Assembly: GCA_041946675.1 (NCBI GenBank)
Contig: JBHGAU010000002.1
Coordinates: 44,651-108,650, forward strand
Direction: 5' to 3'
Length of the DNA stretch: 64,000 nt
DNA from: Methanotrichaceae archaeon
GTDB taxonomy: Archaea > Halobacteriota > Methanosarcinia > Methanotrichales > Methanotrichaceae
Made by a program: the position numbers and the translations under genes. Shown here one piece after another: positions 46,315-57,132 of the stretch (its first letter is position 1; the number at the start of each line of letters is the position of its first letter). The notes beneath the pieces are model-generated. The model was not told the DNA's origin, ran no database searches, and saw nothing but the letters and a program-made list of their open reading frames with translations.

Positions 46315-46952
46315 CAGGATGGAGCATATTCGTCTCTGGTGATAATGCTGTTCCCCCGAAGCCCAGCCGTCTATCTTTTCTATGTTGATGAATATATAAA
46401 CCACGCTTGCTGCTTACAGGTGCCCGAGAACGATGATTCTTCAAGAAGCGGCTGAGCGACCCAGGAATAACCATCTGGAACTTCATGGCTTCGCATGAAA
46501 TGAGGGGCTTGTGAAGTCGCGAAGGATCAGAAAAGATCTTTGGTCTCTTCTAGGTTTGGCCGGGATATAACGCTTCAACACCTTATCGGTGGTGAGAAAG
46601 TAATCCATATTATGAGCTATGGCATAGCTCAGATGAACAAATTTCGATAAAAGCAAAAAGAGGATATCAGAATCTACGGTGATGTGTTGATTTTGCCGTA
46701 AATTATAGCACATCCAGGCAGTACTTGAAGATGCTATAACTAAAGCATCAACATAGTTATCAACCAGATTTATAATAAGCCCTGTATCCGACCTTAAGAT
46801 AGATGATTATAGAACAGGATAACCCTATAAATCCCTTAAAGGCATTGTCCAGTCACTATCAGCATATTAAGCCGTCCCATGGCTTGTCATCCTATACTGC
46901 ATTATGGGAAACGTTTTTATCATACAGGAGAATACTTAGATTGGGGTATGTA

Positions 46953-47444
46953 ATGCAATTCATAAAAGCACTAACTATAGTATTCATATTATCCCTTTTA
47001 GCAATACCCTGTATTGCCCAGACATCACCTCAATTCCAGAGCGTTGGCGGCGATTTTGGGAAGTCCTGGATAACCAGTTTCCAGGCCCAAAATCAACCAG
47101 CTGCTAACGATAACCTCAAGAACGATCTGTGGAGCTGGGGAACTGCGCCAAAGGGCAAGACGGTAGTTGGTGGAAAGCTGGTAGATACGCCCAACGCTAC
47201 GAATACAATCAACTTTACGGCTAACTGGCTCGGGGACTTTGCGCAAGGAGTACCGATTTACATTAATAGCACCACTCCTTATGGGAATTATGGCAGAAAT
47301 CCAGCAGATGCCGGCCAATTTAATTCAGCACCATTAACACCATTATCGCTTTCCGATGATCCATGGGTGCTGGCTCAACAGCTTGAACGACCAATCGTTG
47401 CACCGGCAGGCTACTACGGAAATTATTACCCACCCTATAACTAA
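46953..47444 (+). CDS. secreted hypothetical protein
   Basis: Signal peptide MQFIKALTIVFILSLLAIPCIAQ at the internal Met. The upstream 50 codons in the track look non-coding. Confidence 0.5.
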   Translation: MQFIKALTIVFILSLLAIPCIAQTSPQFQSVGGDFGKSWITSFQAQNQPAANDNLKNDLWSWGTAPKGKTVVGGKLVDTPNATNTINFTANWLGDFAQGVPIYINSTTPYGNYGRNPADAGQFNSAPLTPLSLSDDPWVLAQQLERPIVAPAGYYGNYYPPYN

Positions 47445-47540
47445 TAAGAAAGGAACCCCAATAACCATAACCATAAATTCCTGGCAGTCAGTATGCCGGC
47501 GGCTTCGGGCCTTTCAGCATACCTGCCAGTGTTTTCTGCC

Positions 47541-48110
47541 CTACTCGATATTGATCTCCTTGCCCTTCATCTTCTTCTTATTGATCTCTACAGTCAGGAC
47601 TCCGTTCTTGTAAGATGCTTTTGCGCTGTCTGGATCGACTTCTGAGTCGAGATTAATATTCTTATAAAACTTTTTTTCATCCTCTGTCCTGATCTGGACG
47701 CAGCTGTCGGCAGCATTAAGCTTGACCTTCTCCTTGTCCACTCCGGGAAGCTCAATGAAGATCTTGTACTTGTCCTTCTCATCCATGACATCAACTAATG
47801 GCTCGCGTCCCTCGCTCGGTTCTATCCCCCGGTTAGACGGGCGGATATTGCCGAACTCCTGGAAGACGGGCTCCTTGCCAGGCTCTGCAGTATAACTGAA
47901 GCCATATACGAAAGGACCGTATCTGCGAGTTGTTCCCGAGGCTCCTTCTTCGTTGGATTCAGAAGGCATCGATTCCTCGAACCTTCTGATCATATCCTCA
48001 AATTGCGATCTAAACCAATCCTCTCCAGAGCCTTCCTCTCTTCCGGAGGGAAATCCTTCCCAAAAGTTATCAAATATATCAAATATTGACGGACGTCTTC
48101 TTCCCCACAT
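47541..48110 (-). CDS. Hsp20/alpha-crystallin small heat-shock protein
   Basis: PLVDVMDEKDKYKIFIELPGVDKEKV...ASYKNGVLTVEI alpha-crystallin domain, with a C-terminal I-N-I (IXI) motif. Confidence 0.88.
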   Translation of the reverse strand: MWGRRRPSIFDIFDNFWEGFPSGREEGSGEDWFRSQFEDMIRRFEESMPSESNEEGASGTTRRYGPFVYGFSYTAEPGKEPVFQEFGNIRPSNRGIEPSEGREPLVDVMDEKDKYKIFIELPGVDKEKVKLNAADSCVQIRTEDEKKFYKNINLDSEVDPDSAKASYKNGVLTVEINKKKMKGKEINIE

Positions 48111-48212
48111 GTTTATACAGCTCCTCTATAACGTTGTTGACGGATCACAACTCTAAATCACAATTATTCGGTTAGAGATTTTAATTGGATTTATGGTTCC
48201 CGATAAGGGCGA

Positions 48213-48812
48213 TCATTCCACCGGCACCTTTGTGCCCATAGCCTTACTGGGCTTATACTCTTCAGCCTTCTCCACCCTTATATGCAGAACCCCGTTCTTA
48301 TATTCTGCACTTGCTGTATTCGGATTTACTGGTACCTTTAAAAATATTCGCCCGCGATATTTCTTATCTCCGCCTGTATCTACGACAAAGCTGTCCTCAT
48401 AGAAGTCCAGGCTGATATCGCTCTTTTCAACACCAGGCAGTTCCACTAATATCTCGTAGAAATCTCCTTTATCATTGACATCGACCATTGGGGTCAAGCC
48501 TACTATCGGCTGTAGTCCCCTATCAGTTGGCCTGATATTTCCAAACTCCTGTAATATCGGCTCTTTGCCGGGCTCTGAAGTATAGCTGAAGCCATAGACA
48601 AATGGTCCCACTCTCTCTCTGACATCGCCAGTTGGGCCTTGGATGATCCGTGTTAGTTTTTCAAACTCACTGGGCAGATCAGATCCGAACATCCTGACCA
48701 TATTACCTAGACCGCCTCTGAACCACTCATCGGCACTTGTGTCTATGTAATCGGTTGGATAGTAACCTCTTCTTCTTCTGGGTGTGGGAAATCTCTCATC
48801 TTCGCCATACAT
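48213..48812 (-). CDS. Hsp20/alpha-crystallin small heat-shock protein (tandem paralog)
   Basis: PMVDVNDKGDFYEILVELPGVEKSDI...AEYKNGVLHIRV. It shares the N-terminal block GPFVYGFSYT.EPGKEP..QEFGNIRP with its neighbour. Confidence 0.88.
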   Translation of the reverse strand: MYGEDERFPTPRRRRGYYPTDYIDTSADEWFRGGLGNMVRMFGSDLPSEFEKLTRIIQGPTGDVRERVGPFVYGFSYTSEPGKEPILQEFGNIRPTDRGLQPIVGLTPMVDVNDKGDFYEILVELPGVEKSDISLDFYEDSFVVDTGGDKKYRGRIFLKVPVNPNTASAEYKNGVLHIRVEKAEEYKPSKAMGTKVPVE

Positions 48813-48890
48813 TTAAAATCGTGCTCCTTATAGTGTCATACTATTATGATATGATTAGATATACTTTTTTTGGTAAGATACATAAATCAT

Positions 48891-50060
48891 TTAGAAGAAA
48901 TTCGATAGTCTTGACTGAATTGCGCCAGATATCAGCCTTGAATGACTTCTCCACTCCTTATAAGGTGTTTTCATCCTCTTGCTCATCTCTACCAGAGCCT
49001 CATTTAGAGTCGAGAACTTTTGGGGAGCAGAGTCCATTGCAGTTCTTGCTGCATCTCTTACGACCCAGACGCCAAGCGGAGCCCAGTACTTCTCAGAGAT
49101 CTCTCTTACCGCCAGAACTGCGGCTTTCCTGCCCTGATCTGCAAGATGCTCCAAAACTGAGAGGCGAGCTGCATAATAGCCGCCTGACAGCCGACTATAC
49201 CCCTTCTTTCCATGCAGATCCTCACTATCAGAACCGATCCAGCCCTCCTGCGACCATACTGATCCCGACATCCATATTTCAATCAGCTCGAAGCTGTAAT
49301 CCCTCGGCATGAGAATGATCTCGAAATGGTTGCCAAGACCCTCTCCGGAATACAGAAGATAATCGGATACAGTTGGATTATCCAGAATTGAATCTCTCAG
49401 CAGTTTTCCTATGATATCATCGGAGGCTGTAATCGACCATCTGGTCGGAACAAGCTTCTTTTTCCGTCCCAGAAGGCCCAGGGAAAGAAGCCTTGAGATA
49501 TGATCGGCTCTTACTCCGGAAGAGTAAAGCTCGCCTATAGAAGCGGCCGCTCCCACGTGATTATCTTCAACGATTTGGTCTACCTTTCTCGGCACAACTG
49601 GGTTCGTTGTTATATCGATTCCTTTCAGCTCGCCTGATGGGCCTGATGGTGCAAGAACTCCATCAAACTGAAGCTTTCTCTGGGGCGGTTTAAGGAAAGA
49701 GATCTCTGTGCCCACAGGAACAGAAGACATTGCCACCTGCTGGCAGGCTTCCAAAATCTTTCCCGGTGCAGTTGCTTCATTTACTTCCACCCGGGATTCA
49801 GACCTGACCATTGATGACCTGAGGGCTATTATCTCGCCGATATCCATATCAAGAGATGGTTTTTCAACTTCAATGGCAGGTATCATCGGCCCGGCACGCA
49901 CAATGGGATAGTTATGTCTGCCAACGAAGACCTCCGGAGGCGAATATCCCTCAAGGCGCTCCCCGATTCTGGGCAAAGCCGAGATCTTCTCGAACCTTTT
50001 GATAATTGGACAGACTGGCCTGCCGCAAAGGCCGCGGCCTTTGCAGCTCACACACCTCAT
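48891..50060 (-). CDS. Nre-family archaeal DNA repair protein (DUF650/DUF651)
   Basis: N-terminal zinc-ribbon-like [17 protein letters not shown] and typical length and architecture. Confidence 0.7.
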   Translation of the reverse strand: MRCVSCKGRGLCGRPVCPIIKRFEKISALPRIGERLEGYSPPEVFVGRHNYPIVRAGPMIPAIEVEKPSLDMDIGEIIALRSSMVRSESRVEVNEATAPGKILEACQQVAMSSVPVGTEISFLKPPQRKLQFDGVLAPSGPSGELKGIDITTNPVVPRKVDQIVEDNHVGAAASIGELYSSGVRADHISRLLSLGLLGRKKKLVPTRWSITASDDIIGKLLRDSILDNPTVSDYLLYSGEGLGNHFEIILMPRDYSFELIEIWMSGSVWSQEGWIGSDSEDLHGKKGYSRLSGGYYAARLSVLEHLADQGRKAAVLAVREISEKYWAPLGVWVVRDAARTAMDSAPQKFSTLNEALVEMSKRMKTPYKEWRSHSRLISGAIQSRLSNFF

Positions 50061-50106
50061 AATCCTGCGGTTAGAACTTTATAGAATATATCCGCTATCA
50101 TTGCCC

Positions 50107-50454
50107 ATGCAGGATGAGAAGCTGATTCCAGCCGTTGCCCAGGACTGGAAGACAGGCGAGGTGCTAATGCTTGCCTATATGAACGATGAGGCTTTGGCAA
50201 AGACCAGAGAGACCGGGAAAGCCCATTACTGGTCAAGGTCGAGGAAGAAGCTGTGGCTTAAGGGTGAGTCATCAGGGCATTTCCAGCATGTGAAGGAGAT
50301 ACGCATTGATTGCGATTATGATGCCATATTGCTTCTGATAGAGCAGGAAGGCGGAGCCTGCCATACGGGCTATAGATCATGCTTCTACCGCACGATAGAT
50401 GGCAAGATCGTAGGCGAGAAGGTATTTGAAACCGATAAGGTTTACCAAAAATAG
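50107..50454 (+). CDS. hisI: phosphoribosyl-AMP cyclohydrolase
   Basis: [25 protein letters not shown]...[18 protein letters not shown]...DCDYDAILL...[14 protein letters not shown]. Starts at the internal ATG at 50107. Confidence 0.9.
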   Translation: MQDEKLIPAVAQDWKTGEVLMLAYMNDEALAKTRETGKAHYWSRSRKKLWLKGESSGHFQHVKEIRIDCDYDAILLLIEQEGGACHTGYRSCFYRTIDGKIVGEKVFETDKVYQK

Positions 50455-50471
50455 AATGTAAGGAAAAGCAT

Positions 50472-51554
50472 ATGGAATATTCCCTTTACAGCAATCCTCT
50501 GCTTAACGTAAAGGCCCGGATGCTGGATGGGCGGATTCAGGTTAATCTCCATGGCCTCCTTTCTCTGCTGCCCGGAGTTAAATCCTCCATCGAGATGATA
50601 GACGGCCAGATCCCTGCCTATGCGGGGGATAGGCTTTACATCTCTACATGGCTTCCGCCTGTCCCAAGCAAGGCATTCGACCGTTTGGCTGACAGCCAGA
50701 TAAAATCGCTCTTGAGCATCAGAACTCCAGACCAAGTCACGATATCAATAACCGAGGAGTGCCCCAATAGATGTATTCATTGCGCGCTTCCTGATAGCGG
50801 AAACAAGCTCCGCCTTGAGCCGGATACCGTAAAAGATGTCATCTCCCAGATACTGGATATGGGAACCACCCTTGTCATCTTCGACGGAGGTGAGCCGGCG
50901 CTTTATAAGGAACTTCCTGAGCTCGTGAATTTTGTTGATGATAGGGCCATATCGACGATGTTTACATCCGGCGCAGGCTTTACGCCTGCCCTGGCAGCAC
51001 AGCTTAAGGATGCCGGGCTCTATGCAGTAAATGTCAGCCTTGATTCACCAGTGCCGGAGGATCACGATGCGATGCGCGGGCGGAAAGGGGTTTTCAAGGA
51101 TGCTATGAGTGCAGTTGATGCATGCCTTAAGGCCGGCCTTCTTGTTGATGTTTATGTCGTTTTAAGGCATGAGAACATTCGGCATCTCCAAAGCTTCCAT
51201 GATCTCGCTCGCAGAATTGGCGCTCATGAGCTGACATTCTTCGAGATCGTGCCAACAGGAAGATGGGCAGGCAAGAAGGGAGTTGCTCTTTCGGCAGAGG
51301 ACCGCCAGGACCGCCAGAGGTTTGTCTCATCAGCTGGCTCGCCGAGGATTTTCTCAGTATATGATGCGCTTCTGCGATTCGGCTGCTTTGCGGGAAGAAG
51401 CTGGATGCATATTACGCCCTCAGGTGATATCTACCCCTGTGCATGTATGCCCCGCCCGTTTGGGAATATATTTGCTGCTCCCATCGCGGAGATCTGGAAG
51501 CGAATGTCTGATCTGCCTTATAAAGGGCAGAAAACCTGTCCAATGCGAGAATAA
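50472..51554 (+). CDS. radical SAM protein with C-terminal Cys-rich (SPASM/twitch-like) region
   Basis: CPNRCIHCAL is a CX3CX2C motif, with FDGGEP. C-terminal GCFAGRSWMHITPSGDIYPCACMP. Confidence 0.7.
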   Translation: MEYSLYSNPLLNVKARMLDGRIQVNLHGLLSLLPGVKSSIEMIDGQIPAYAGDRLYISTWLPPVPSKAFDRLADSQIKSLLSIRTPDQVTISITEECPNRCIHCALPDSGNKLRLEPDTVKDVISQILDMGTTLVIFDGGEPALYKELPELVNFVDDRAISTMFTSGAGFTPALAAQLKDAGLYAVNVSLDSPVPEDHDAMRGRKGVFKDAMSAVDACLKAGLLVDVYVVLRHENIRHLQSFHDLARRIGAHELTFFEIVPTGRWAGKKGVALSAEDRQDRQRFVSSAGSPRIFSVYDALLRFGCFAGRSWMHITPSGDIYPCACMPRPFGNIFAAPIAEIWKRMSDLPYKGQKTCPMRE

Positions 51555-51683
51555 TGAGCTTTTAAGCCATATCTGAGCGATATTGTTATTCTTATCCCCG
51601 TTTCAATGGAAATTCGATCTAAAATAATTTTTTATCTGCTCTGAAATAGCCAATAAATCTATATAGGGCATTAATCATGAAGA

Positions 51684-52565
51684 ATGCTCGATCGAATTAT
51701 GGAATTGACACCAGTACAAAGAGACATACTAACCGCATTGATCAACATTCACCGTGTGGAGGGAAGGGCGGTCAAGGGCGAAGAGATCGCAGAACTTATA
51801 GATCGCAATCCAGGAACAATAAGGAATCAGATGCAGTCGCTGAAGGCACTCAACCTCGTTGAAGGGGTCCCGGGGCCGAAAGGAGGCTATAGGGCTACAG
51901 GAGATGCATATGAGGCGTTGAATCTGGAAGCCACAGGAGATGTAGTAGTAGTGCCGGTCGTCAGAAACGGCGTACTCGTCGAGGGCGCGACTGCAAGCGA
52001 GATCATCTTCAACAAGGTGATGCATTCCCACCAGTGCGACGGTGTTATACGCATAATCGGAAACATCAGGGACTTTAACGTAGGGGATGAGATCGAGGTC
52101 GGCCCAACGCCTGTGAACAAGCTATATATCAAGGGCAAGGTCATGGGCAGGGACGACACAATGAGCAGAGTGATTATTCAGATAAACGAGATGATCTCAG
52201 TCCCAAAGGTTCCAATAAAGAAGATCGCGCGACGCGCAGTCCGCATCAGCCCCACAGCATCGCTTCAGGAGGCATCGAGGATACTCCTGCACAACGGCGT
52301 TCAGGAGGCACTCGTCGATAATAGCTCTCCCGGCCTGATCAACCTGGCAGATATCACACGGGCAGTGGCCGAGGGCAGGACTGATGTTCAGGTGAAGGAG
52401 CTTATGACCCGCGGCTTCTTGACAATCGATTCTGAGGAGCCGATATACGAAGCCATAAAGATGATCGGAAGGACAGGCGCAGGTCAGCTCGTTATCTCAG
52501 AGAACGGCGTTCTCTGGGGAATTGTTTCAGCCGGAGATCTTATCAGATCGCTTACTCCGACCTGA
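51684..52565 (+). CDS. transcriptional regulator with N-terminal HTH and C-terminal CBS domains (COG2524-like)
   Basis: TPVQRDILTALINIH...GEEIAELIDRNPGTIRNQMQSLKALNLVEGVPGPKGGY, plus a CBS pair. Its 3' end overlaps the convergent pyrH by 14 nt. Confidence 0.75.
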   Translation: MLDRIMELTPVQRDILTALINIHRVEGRAVKGEEIAELIDRNPGTIRNQMQSLKALNLVEGVPGPKGGYRATGDAYEALNLEATGDVVVVPVVRNGVLVEGATASEIIFNKVMHSHQCDGVIRIIGNIRDFNVGDEIEVGPTPVNKLYIKGKVMGRDDTMSRVIIQINEMISVPKVPIKKIARRAVRISPTASLQEASRILLHNGVQEALVDNSSPGLINLADITRAVAEGRTDVQVKELMTRGFLTIDSEEPIYEAIKMIGRTGAGQLVISENGVLWGIVSAGDLIRSLTPT

Positions 52566-53220
52566 TCTCAGTTCCTTTGTGCCCGCCAAGGGCACCTTTT
52601 CTTAGATTCTCGATATTGCGACCGTGGACAATGGCTGTCGGTATGGAGCTTCTTTCAATTATCTTTGCAGCCAGCGGATCTACCGGAGATCTTGAGCCTG
52701 CTTTCATCTCAGTCTGCATGGCAAGATGGACAAGCTCTTTTTGAGTCATCGTGCTGAGCTTTTTTGCAGAAGGATCGATCTCAGGATCAGCGGTATAAAC
52801 GCCCTCTACCGATGTCGCGATTATGAGGCGGTCGGCATGAACGCGTTCTGCAAGTATTGCGGAAACTGCATCAGTCGTCTGACCCGGGCTCACTCCACCC
52901 ATCACGACTATCTTGCGGCAGCTCTCTGCAGCCTCTGAGTAGGTGCATGGAATACTTTCCGGTGCAGCATCTCCCAAGGCTGCAACAAGCAGCGCTGCAT
53001 TGAGCCTTGTGGCCTCGATGCCGATCTGATCGCAGAAAGCCTCGCTTGCGCCTAAAGCACGTGCCTTTTCGATGTACTCGCGTGCGATTTTCCCGCCGCC
53101 TACGACGACGTAGATCTTATGCTCTTTTGCAAGATCCAAAAGCGCGTTAGCGTAATCTCGCAGGCTTGATGGGTCACGGCCGGCGAGGATTGAGCCGCCT
53201 AAGGAATAGACAAGTATCAT
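52552..53220 (-). CDS. pyrH: UMP kinase (archaeal type)
   Basis: MILVYSLGGSIL...VVVGGGKIAREY...GVSPGQTTDAVSA. Start taken at the internal ATG at 53220 (222 aa). Confidence 0.88.
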   Translation of the reverse strand: MILVYSLGGSILAGRDPSSLRDYANALLDLAKEHKIYVVVGGGKIAREYIEKARALGASEAFCDQIGIEATRLNAALLVAALGDAAPESIPCTYSEAAESCRKIVVMGGVSPGQTTDAVSAILAERVHADRLIIATSVEGVYTADPEIDPSAKKLSTMTQKELVHLAMQTEMKAGSRSPVDPLAAKIIERSSIPTAIVHGRNIENLRKGALGGHKGTEIRSE

Positions 53221-53575
53221 GCTTCTGACAGATATCGGTGTGGATAAAAATGTTCTCCAGAACGTTTCAGCATGCATTCCCAGATAGAATCCAGGCTGAC
53301 TAGGCACAACTGGTCGATAGATACGATGCATTTTTTGATCATAGTAGGAAACCATGAGCGTGAGTGCTGCAATCTGAGATCAAAGTCATCAAATTGTGGG
53401 GATTCCGGCTATGAGACCGCAAAGAAAGAGATTTGGACTTTCCATCGACCTTTTTCTCCTTCATGCGCAATTCAACACTTACCCGAAGCACTAAGATCTC
53501 TCAGGCTCCTCTTTAGCATACCACAGCAAAATAGCGAGGAGCATTTTTAAAACTGGACCAGCATAACCCCCAGCC

Positions 53576-54886
53576 ATGGATCTTGAAGGCTATGCCAAAA
53601 GGGGTCTTAGGAAAAACGACCCAGATATAAGGTCAAAGCTCACAGCCCGAATTCTTGAAATAAAGGATATACCCGAAAGCCAGGCCGACCTATTGGCCGG
53701 AGCCGTGCTTGAGGAAGCAAAGGCCACTCTGAATCCAAGAGGCGAGGTCTTCGAACTCCGGGACTCTGGAGTCACGATGGGCGATTTCGGTGTAGGCTCG
53801 CGCGGCTCAGGCGACTTTTACACTCATACTAAGATCGCAGAGGTCATCGGCAGAACGAATGCTGTTATAGATTCTGCCCAATTGGATGACTCCGGCGTAG
53901 TGAAAGCCGGAGGGAAGTTCATAGTTGTAACCGTTGATGGAATGCACTCAAGGCTGAGCGATTATCCATTCCTCGCGGGCTTTCATGTCACACGGGCAGC
54001 TATGCGCGATATTTACGTGATGGGTGCAAAGCCTGTTGCGCTTTTGTCTGATATCCACCTTGCTGATGATGGAGATGTCTCAAAGCTCTTCGACCACATT
54101 GCAGGCATTGCCACCGTCTCTGAGCTTACCGGCGTCCCACTGATCACCGGCAGCACTTTACGCATAGGCGGCGATATGGTCATAGGAGATCGCCTGACTG
54201 GCTGTGTCGGCGCTGTGGGCGTCTCAGACAGCCTCACTCCACGGAAGGATGCTACACCTGGAGATGTAATAATGATGACAGAAGGAGCCGGCGGAGGAAC
54301 GATCTGCGCTGCTGCGCTCTATTACGGCTGGCACGATATCGTCGATGAGACATTGAATATCAAGTTCCTCAAAGCCAGCGAAGCACTGCTCGCGAAATGC
54401 CTCACAATCCATGCCATGACGGATGTGACAAACGGCGGCATTCGCGGGGATGCCAGAGAAATAGCTTATACAGCAGGCGTGAAGCTCATCTTCGAAGAGG
54501 ATAAGATGCGTCGGCTTATCAATCCTCGTGTTCTTGGAATGCTTGAAGCCCTTAAGATAGATTATCTCGGCGTATCTATAGATGCCCTCCTAATTATAGC
54601 CCCTGAAGAGGAATCGCGCAATATAGCCAGGACAATTGAAGATGCAGATGTCTCGATAGATATTGTGGGCAGGGTTGAGAAGGGGAGCGGTGCCGAACTA
54701 CATATCGGTAATGAGTCGACGGATTTTGCTCCGAGGTTCAGGGAGTCTGCATATACCCCCATAAAAAAGGCGATTGGGCAGGATGCGAAGAGAGACGTAT
54801 CCCTGATGAGGCGTGAGGTGGACCTTGCTGCCCTCAGAGCTGTTGAGAAAAAGCGGAAGTTTGTAGAGATGATAAAAAATAGATAA
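53576..54886 (+). CDS. AIR-synthase-related (PurM/ThiL/HypE superfamily) protein
   Basis: DDSGVV...VTVDGMHS (N-domain) and a PGDVIMMTEGAGGGT C-domain pattern. The specific function cannot be resolved from the sequence. Confidence 0.65.
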   Translation: MDLEGYAKRGLRKNDPDIRSKLTARILEIKDIPESQADLLAGAVLEEAKATLNPRGEVFELRDSGVTMGDFGVGSRGSGDFYTHTKIAEVIGRTNAVIDSAQLDDSGVVKAGGKFIVVTVDGMHSRLSDYPFLAGFHVTRAAMRDIYVMGAKPVALLSDIHLADDGDVSKLFDHIAGIATVSELTGVPLITGSTLRIGGDMVIGDRLTGCVGAVGVSDSLTPRKDATPGDVIMMTEGAGGGTICAAALYYGWHDIVDETLNIKFLKASEALLAKCLTIHAMTDVTNGGIRGDAREIAYTAGVKLIFEEDKMRRLINPRVLGMLEALKIDYLGVSIDALLIIAPEEESRNIARTIEDADVSIDIVGRVEKGSGAELHIGNESTDFAPRFRESAYTPIKKAIGQDAKRDVSLMRREVDLAALRAVEKKRKFVEMIKNR

Positions 54887-55028
54887 CTCAAATTTTAACA
54901 CAGTGGTTAATTAAATCAAGTCTGCCGATTCTAGTGATAATAGTAGTTATTTAATTAACATAAATAAACTATTTATACTATAAAGTTCTCTATCTTGTTT
55001 AAGGGATAATTTAGGGAGTAGATTATCG

Positions 55029-55409
55029 ATGAAGGAATCCTTTGTAATGAGGTTCGACGAGAAGGATATCGAAGTTGTTGAGACTCTCAGGAGCCTTGGA
55101 GTTCCGAGAAAGGTATCAAATATGCTTGCCTACCTTGCAAACGGCGTTGAGGCAACATCACGTGAGATCGAGAGAGGGTCCGATCTTCGTCAGCCTGAGG
55201 TCAGCATTGCACTGCGAACGCTGCGCAAGCACAACTGGATAGAAGAGAAGATGAGCAAAAGCGATGGCACGGGTAGGCCAATGAAGGTGTATAAGCTCAG
55301 CACACCTATCGAGGAAATACTTCGCTTTTACGAACAAGAAAAGATGAACGAAGCCAACAAGGCAATGCAATCGATCCAGAGGTTGAAGACTCTGCTGATA
55401 GAAGCATGA
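55029..55409 (+). CDS. ArsR-like winged-helix transcriptional regulator
   Basis: VSNMLAYLANGVEATSREIERGSDLRQPEVSIALRTLRKHNWIEE...GRPMKVYKL. Confidence 0.7.
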   Translation: MKESFVMRFDEKDIEVVETLRSLGVPRKVSNMLAYLANGVEATSREIERGSDLRQPEVSIALRTLRKHNWIEEKMSKSDGTGRPMKVYKLSTPIEEILRFYEQEKMNEANKAMQSIQRLKTLLIEA

Positions 55410-55738
55410 TTGCAACCTGCCGAAATATTTTATATCTTTATTTGATTTCATCAATGGTTTAGAAAAATCGTGCATCCAACTATCTACTATTTTTTTCCGG
55501 ATTTATCTGCTCAAATATAGATGCACCAAATCCATATCCAACTGTTAGAAAATTCTTTTCACGATGAAGATATATAGAGGAAGTGAACAATATTTAGTAG
55601 GTTGATTTGAAGTTCGATCTCAGGCCTATTCACATTGAGCTGCTGGCTAGCCATCATCTAATTGGAATAAATCTTGGCCAATACAGGTGATCCTATGCAA
55701 TCGGAACTTTAATTGACAAATCATTAGGTTGTGATCTC

Positions 55739-56236
55739 TTGGCAATAGTTGAGGAAGAAATTCAGAGGGCATACCTGAATAAGCTTGTAGGCGAGGATGG
55801 GTTGCGAATAGTGGAGAATATTCCGCGTGATGAGATAACTGATGAGCGGCTGGCTGAGATGACGGGAATCAGCCTGAACACTGTTAGGCGCACATTATAT
55901 CTTCTCTATGAGCACAGGCTGGCCGTATATAGGCGAAAACGAGATCCCGATTCCGGCTGGCTCACATATCTATGGCAGCTGTGTCCAGAAAACTTCGATA
56001 AGGCGCTTCAATCAGAGGCGAAGAGGCTTGTCAGGAAGCTCGAGGAGCGGCTGGATTACGAGAAGAATAATATATTCTATGCCTGCACCGATGGCTGCGC
56101 GAGATTTATCTTCGATGAGGCAAGCGAAGCAAACTTCATCTGTCCGTTCTGCCAGAGCGCACTCGAGTATATGGAGAATGCAAAGGTCGTTGAGACGATA
56201 GAGCGGCAGATAAATGACCTGCACGCTTGTCTATAA
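55739..56236 (+). CDS. tfe: transcription factor E (TFE alpha)
   Basis: wHTH (DERLAEMTGISLNTVRRTLYLLYEHRLA...WLTYLW) plus a Zn-ribbon (C...C...CPFC). TTG start. Confidence 0.8.
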   Translation: MAIVEEEIQRAYLNKLVGEDGLRIVENIPRDEITDERLAEMTGISLNTVRRTLYLLYEHRLAVYRRKRDPDSGWLTYLWQLCPENFDKALQSEAKRLVRKLEERLDYEKNNIFYACTDGCARFIFDEASEANFICPFCQSALEYMENAKVVETIERQINDLHACL

Positions 56237-56632
56237 ATTTTCTAAATTATTGTTCAATACCGCGGTCCACCACCACCGCGCCATATCCACTAGATCGCGG
56301 CTGAACATCCCTGAGAGCTTATACTCACCGCCTTTGTTGCTGATGAGACCAGCTCCTAAGAGCTTATTTCTCATGGCATAGAATGCAGATCTGCTCACTT
56401 TTAGCTCCTCAATAAGTCGAATCCATTCATTCGTCTTCAGGGGATCTCCGCTATTCTGTCTCTCCTCAATAATTGCCAGGAACTTTCTGCCTCTGTTGGC
56501 AGTTGTCTCGTCCTGAAAAAGTCTCAGCATAAGCTCGTTATAGGGATCTCGTGATCTTGTTACGGCATACTCGGACTTTGACCTGATCTTTAGTGTCGTG
56601 GCAGTGCGATGGGCAGATTTAACTGCGGTCAT
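56231..56632 (-). CDS. hypothetical wHTH-like protein
   Basis: LKTNEWIRLIEELKVSRSAFYAMRNKLLGAGLISNKGGEYKL is HTH-like. It overlaps the upstream ORF by 14 nt. Confidence 0.5.
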   Translation of the reverse strand: MTAVKSAHRTATTLKIRSKSEYAVTRSRDPYNELMLRLFQDETTANRGRKFLAIIEERQNSGDPLKTNEWIRLIEELKVSRSAFYAMRNKLLGAGLISNKGGEYKLSGMFSRDLVDMARWWWTAVLNNNLENL

Positions 56633-56942
56633 GTGAAATAGGGCCTAAAAGCACCAATTTGGCTATATCTGCGTATTCTCTCCGGAGAATATACATCTTC
56701 GGGGACCTGTAGGATGCCTTATTCACGCGAAGAATTCCCAGGCGCGAGCAAATATATCCTATCATCGAGGCCACTACCTTCTTGGATACATCGAACTGCT
56801 TGCTAACGGTATCGTAGAGGGAGTTCACAGTGAACTCACCGATTTCAACAATCGACTGCAAGATAAACCGCCTTAACCCATGCACATCCATATCAAGAAA
56901 ATGTAGCAGGCGGCTCATTATTTCATGCTGCTGTGATCTCAT
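56619..56942 (-). CDS. hypothetical small protein (possible wHTH), co-operonic with 56231..56632
   Basis: ORF with FTVNSLYDTVSKQFDVSKKVVASMIGYICSRLGILRV. No family recognised. Confidence 0.45.
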   Translation of the reverse strand: MRSQQHEIMSRLLHFLDMDVHGLRRFILQSIVEIGEFTVNSLYDTVSKQFDVSKKVVASMIGYICSRLGILRVNKASYRSPKMYILRREYADIAKLVLLGPISHDRS

Positions 56943-57132
56943 TCACCCTCCAGACTACGCCCCTAATAATTAACGATAGTTTATTAGTATTTGCAATATA
57001 TACTTTGCCATGTAGCGTATCTATTGTCTTTGTCGTTATACCTGTACTTATACCATCGCCCTAGACATTATATGTTTAGGCTTAAACCCAACTAAGCTCT
57101 GGCAATAAAGATCTTGCGGCCAATGGAGGAAA

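Noticed and set aside
46483-46713. 76-aa minus-strand ORF upstream of the B12/radical-SAM gene.
   Set aside because: It has no motif, no RBS and poor composition. It is probably non-coding promoter region.
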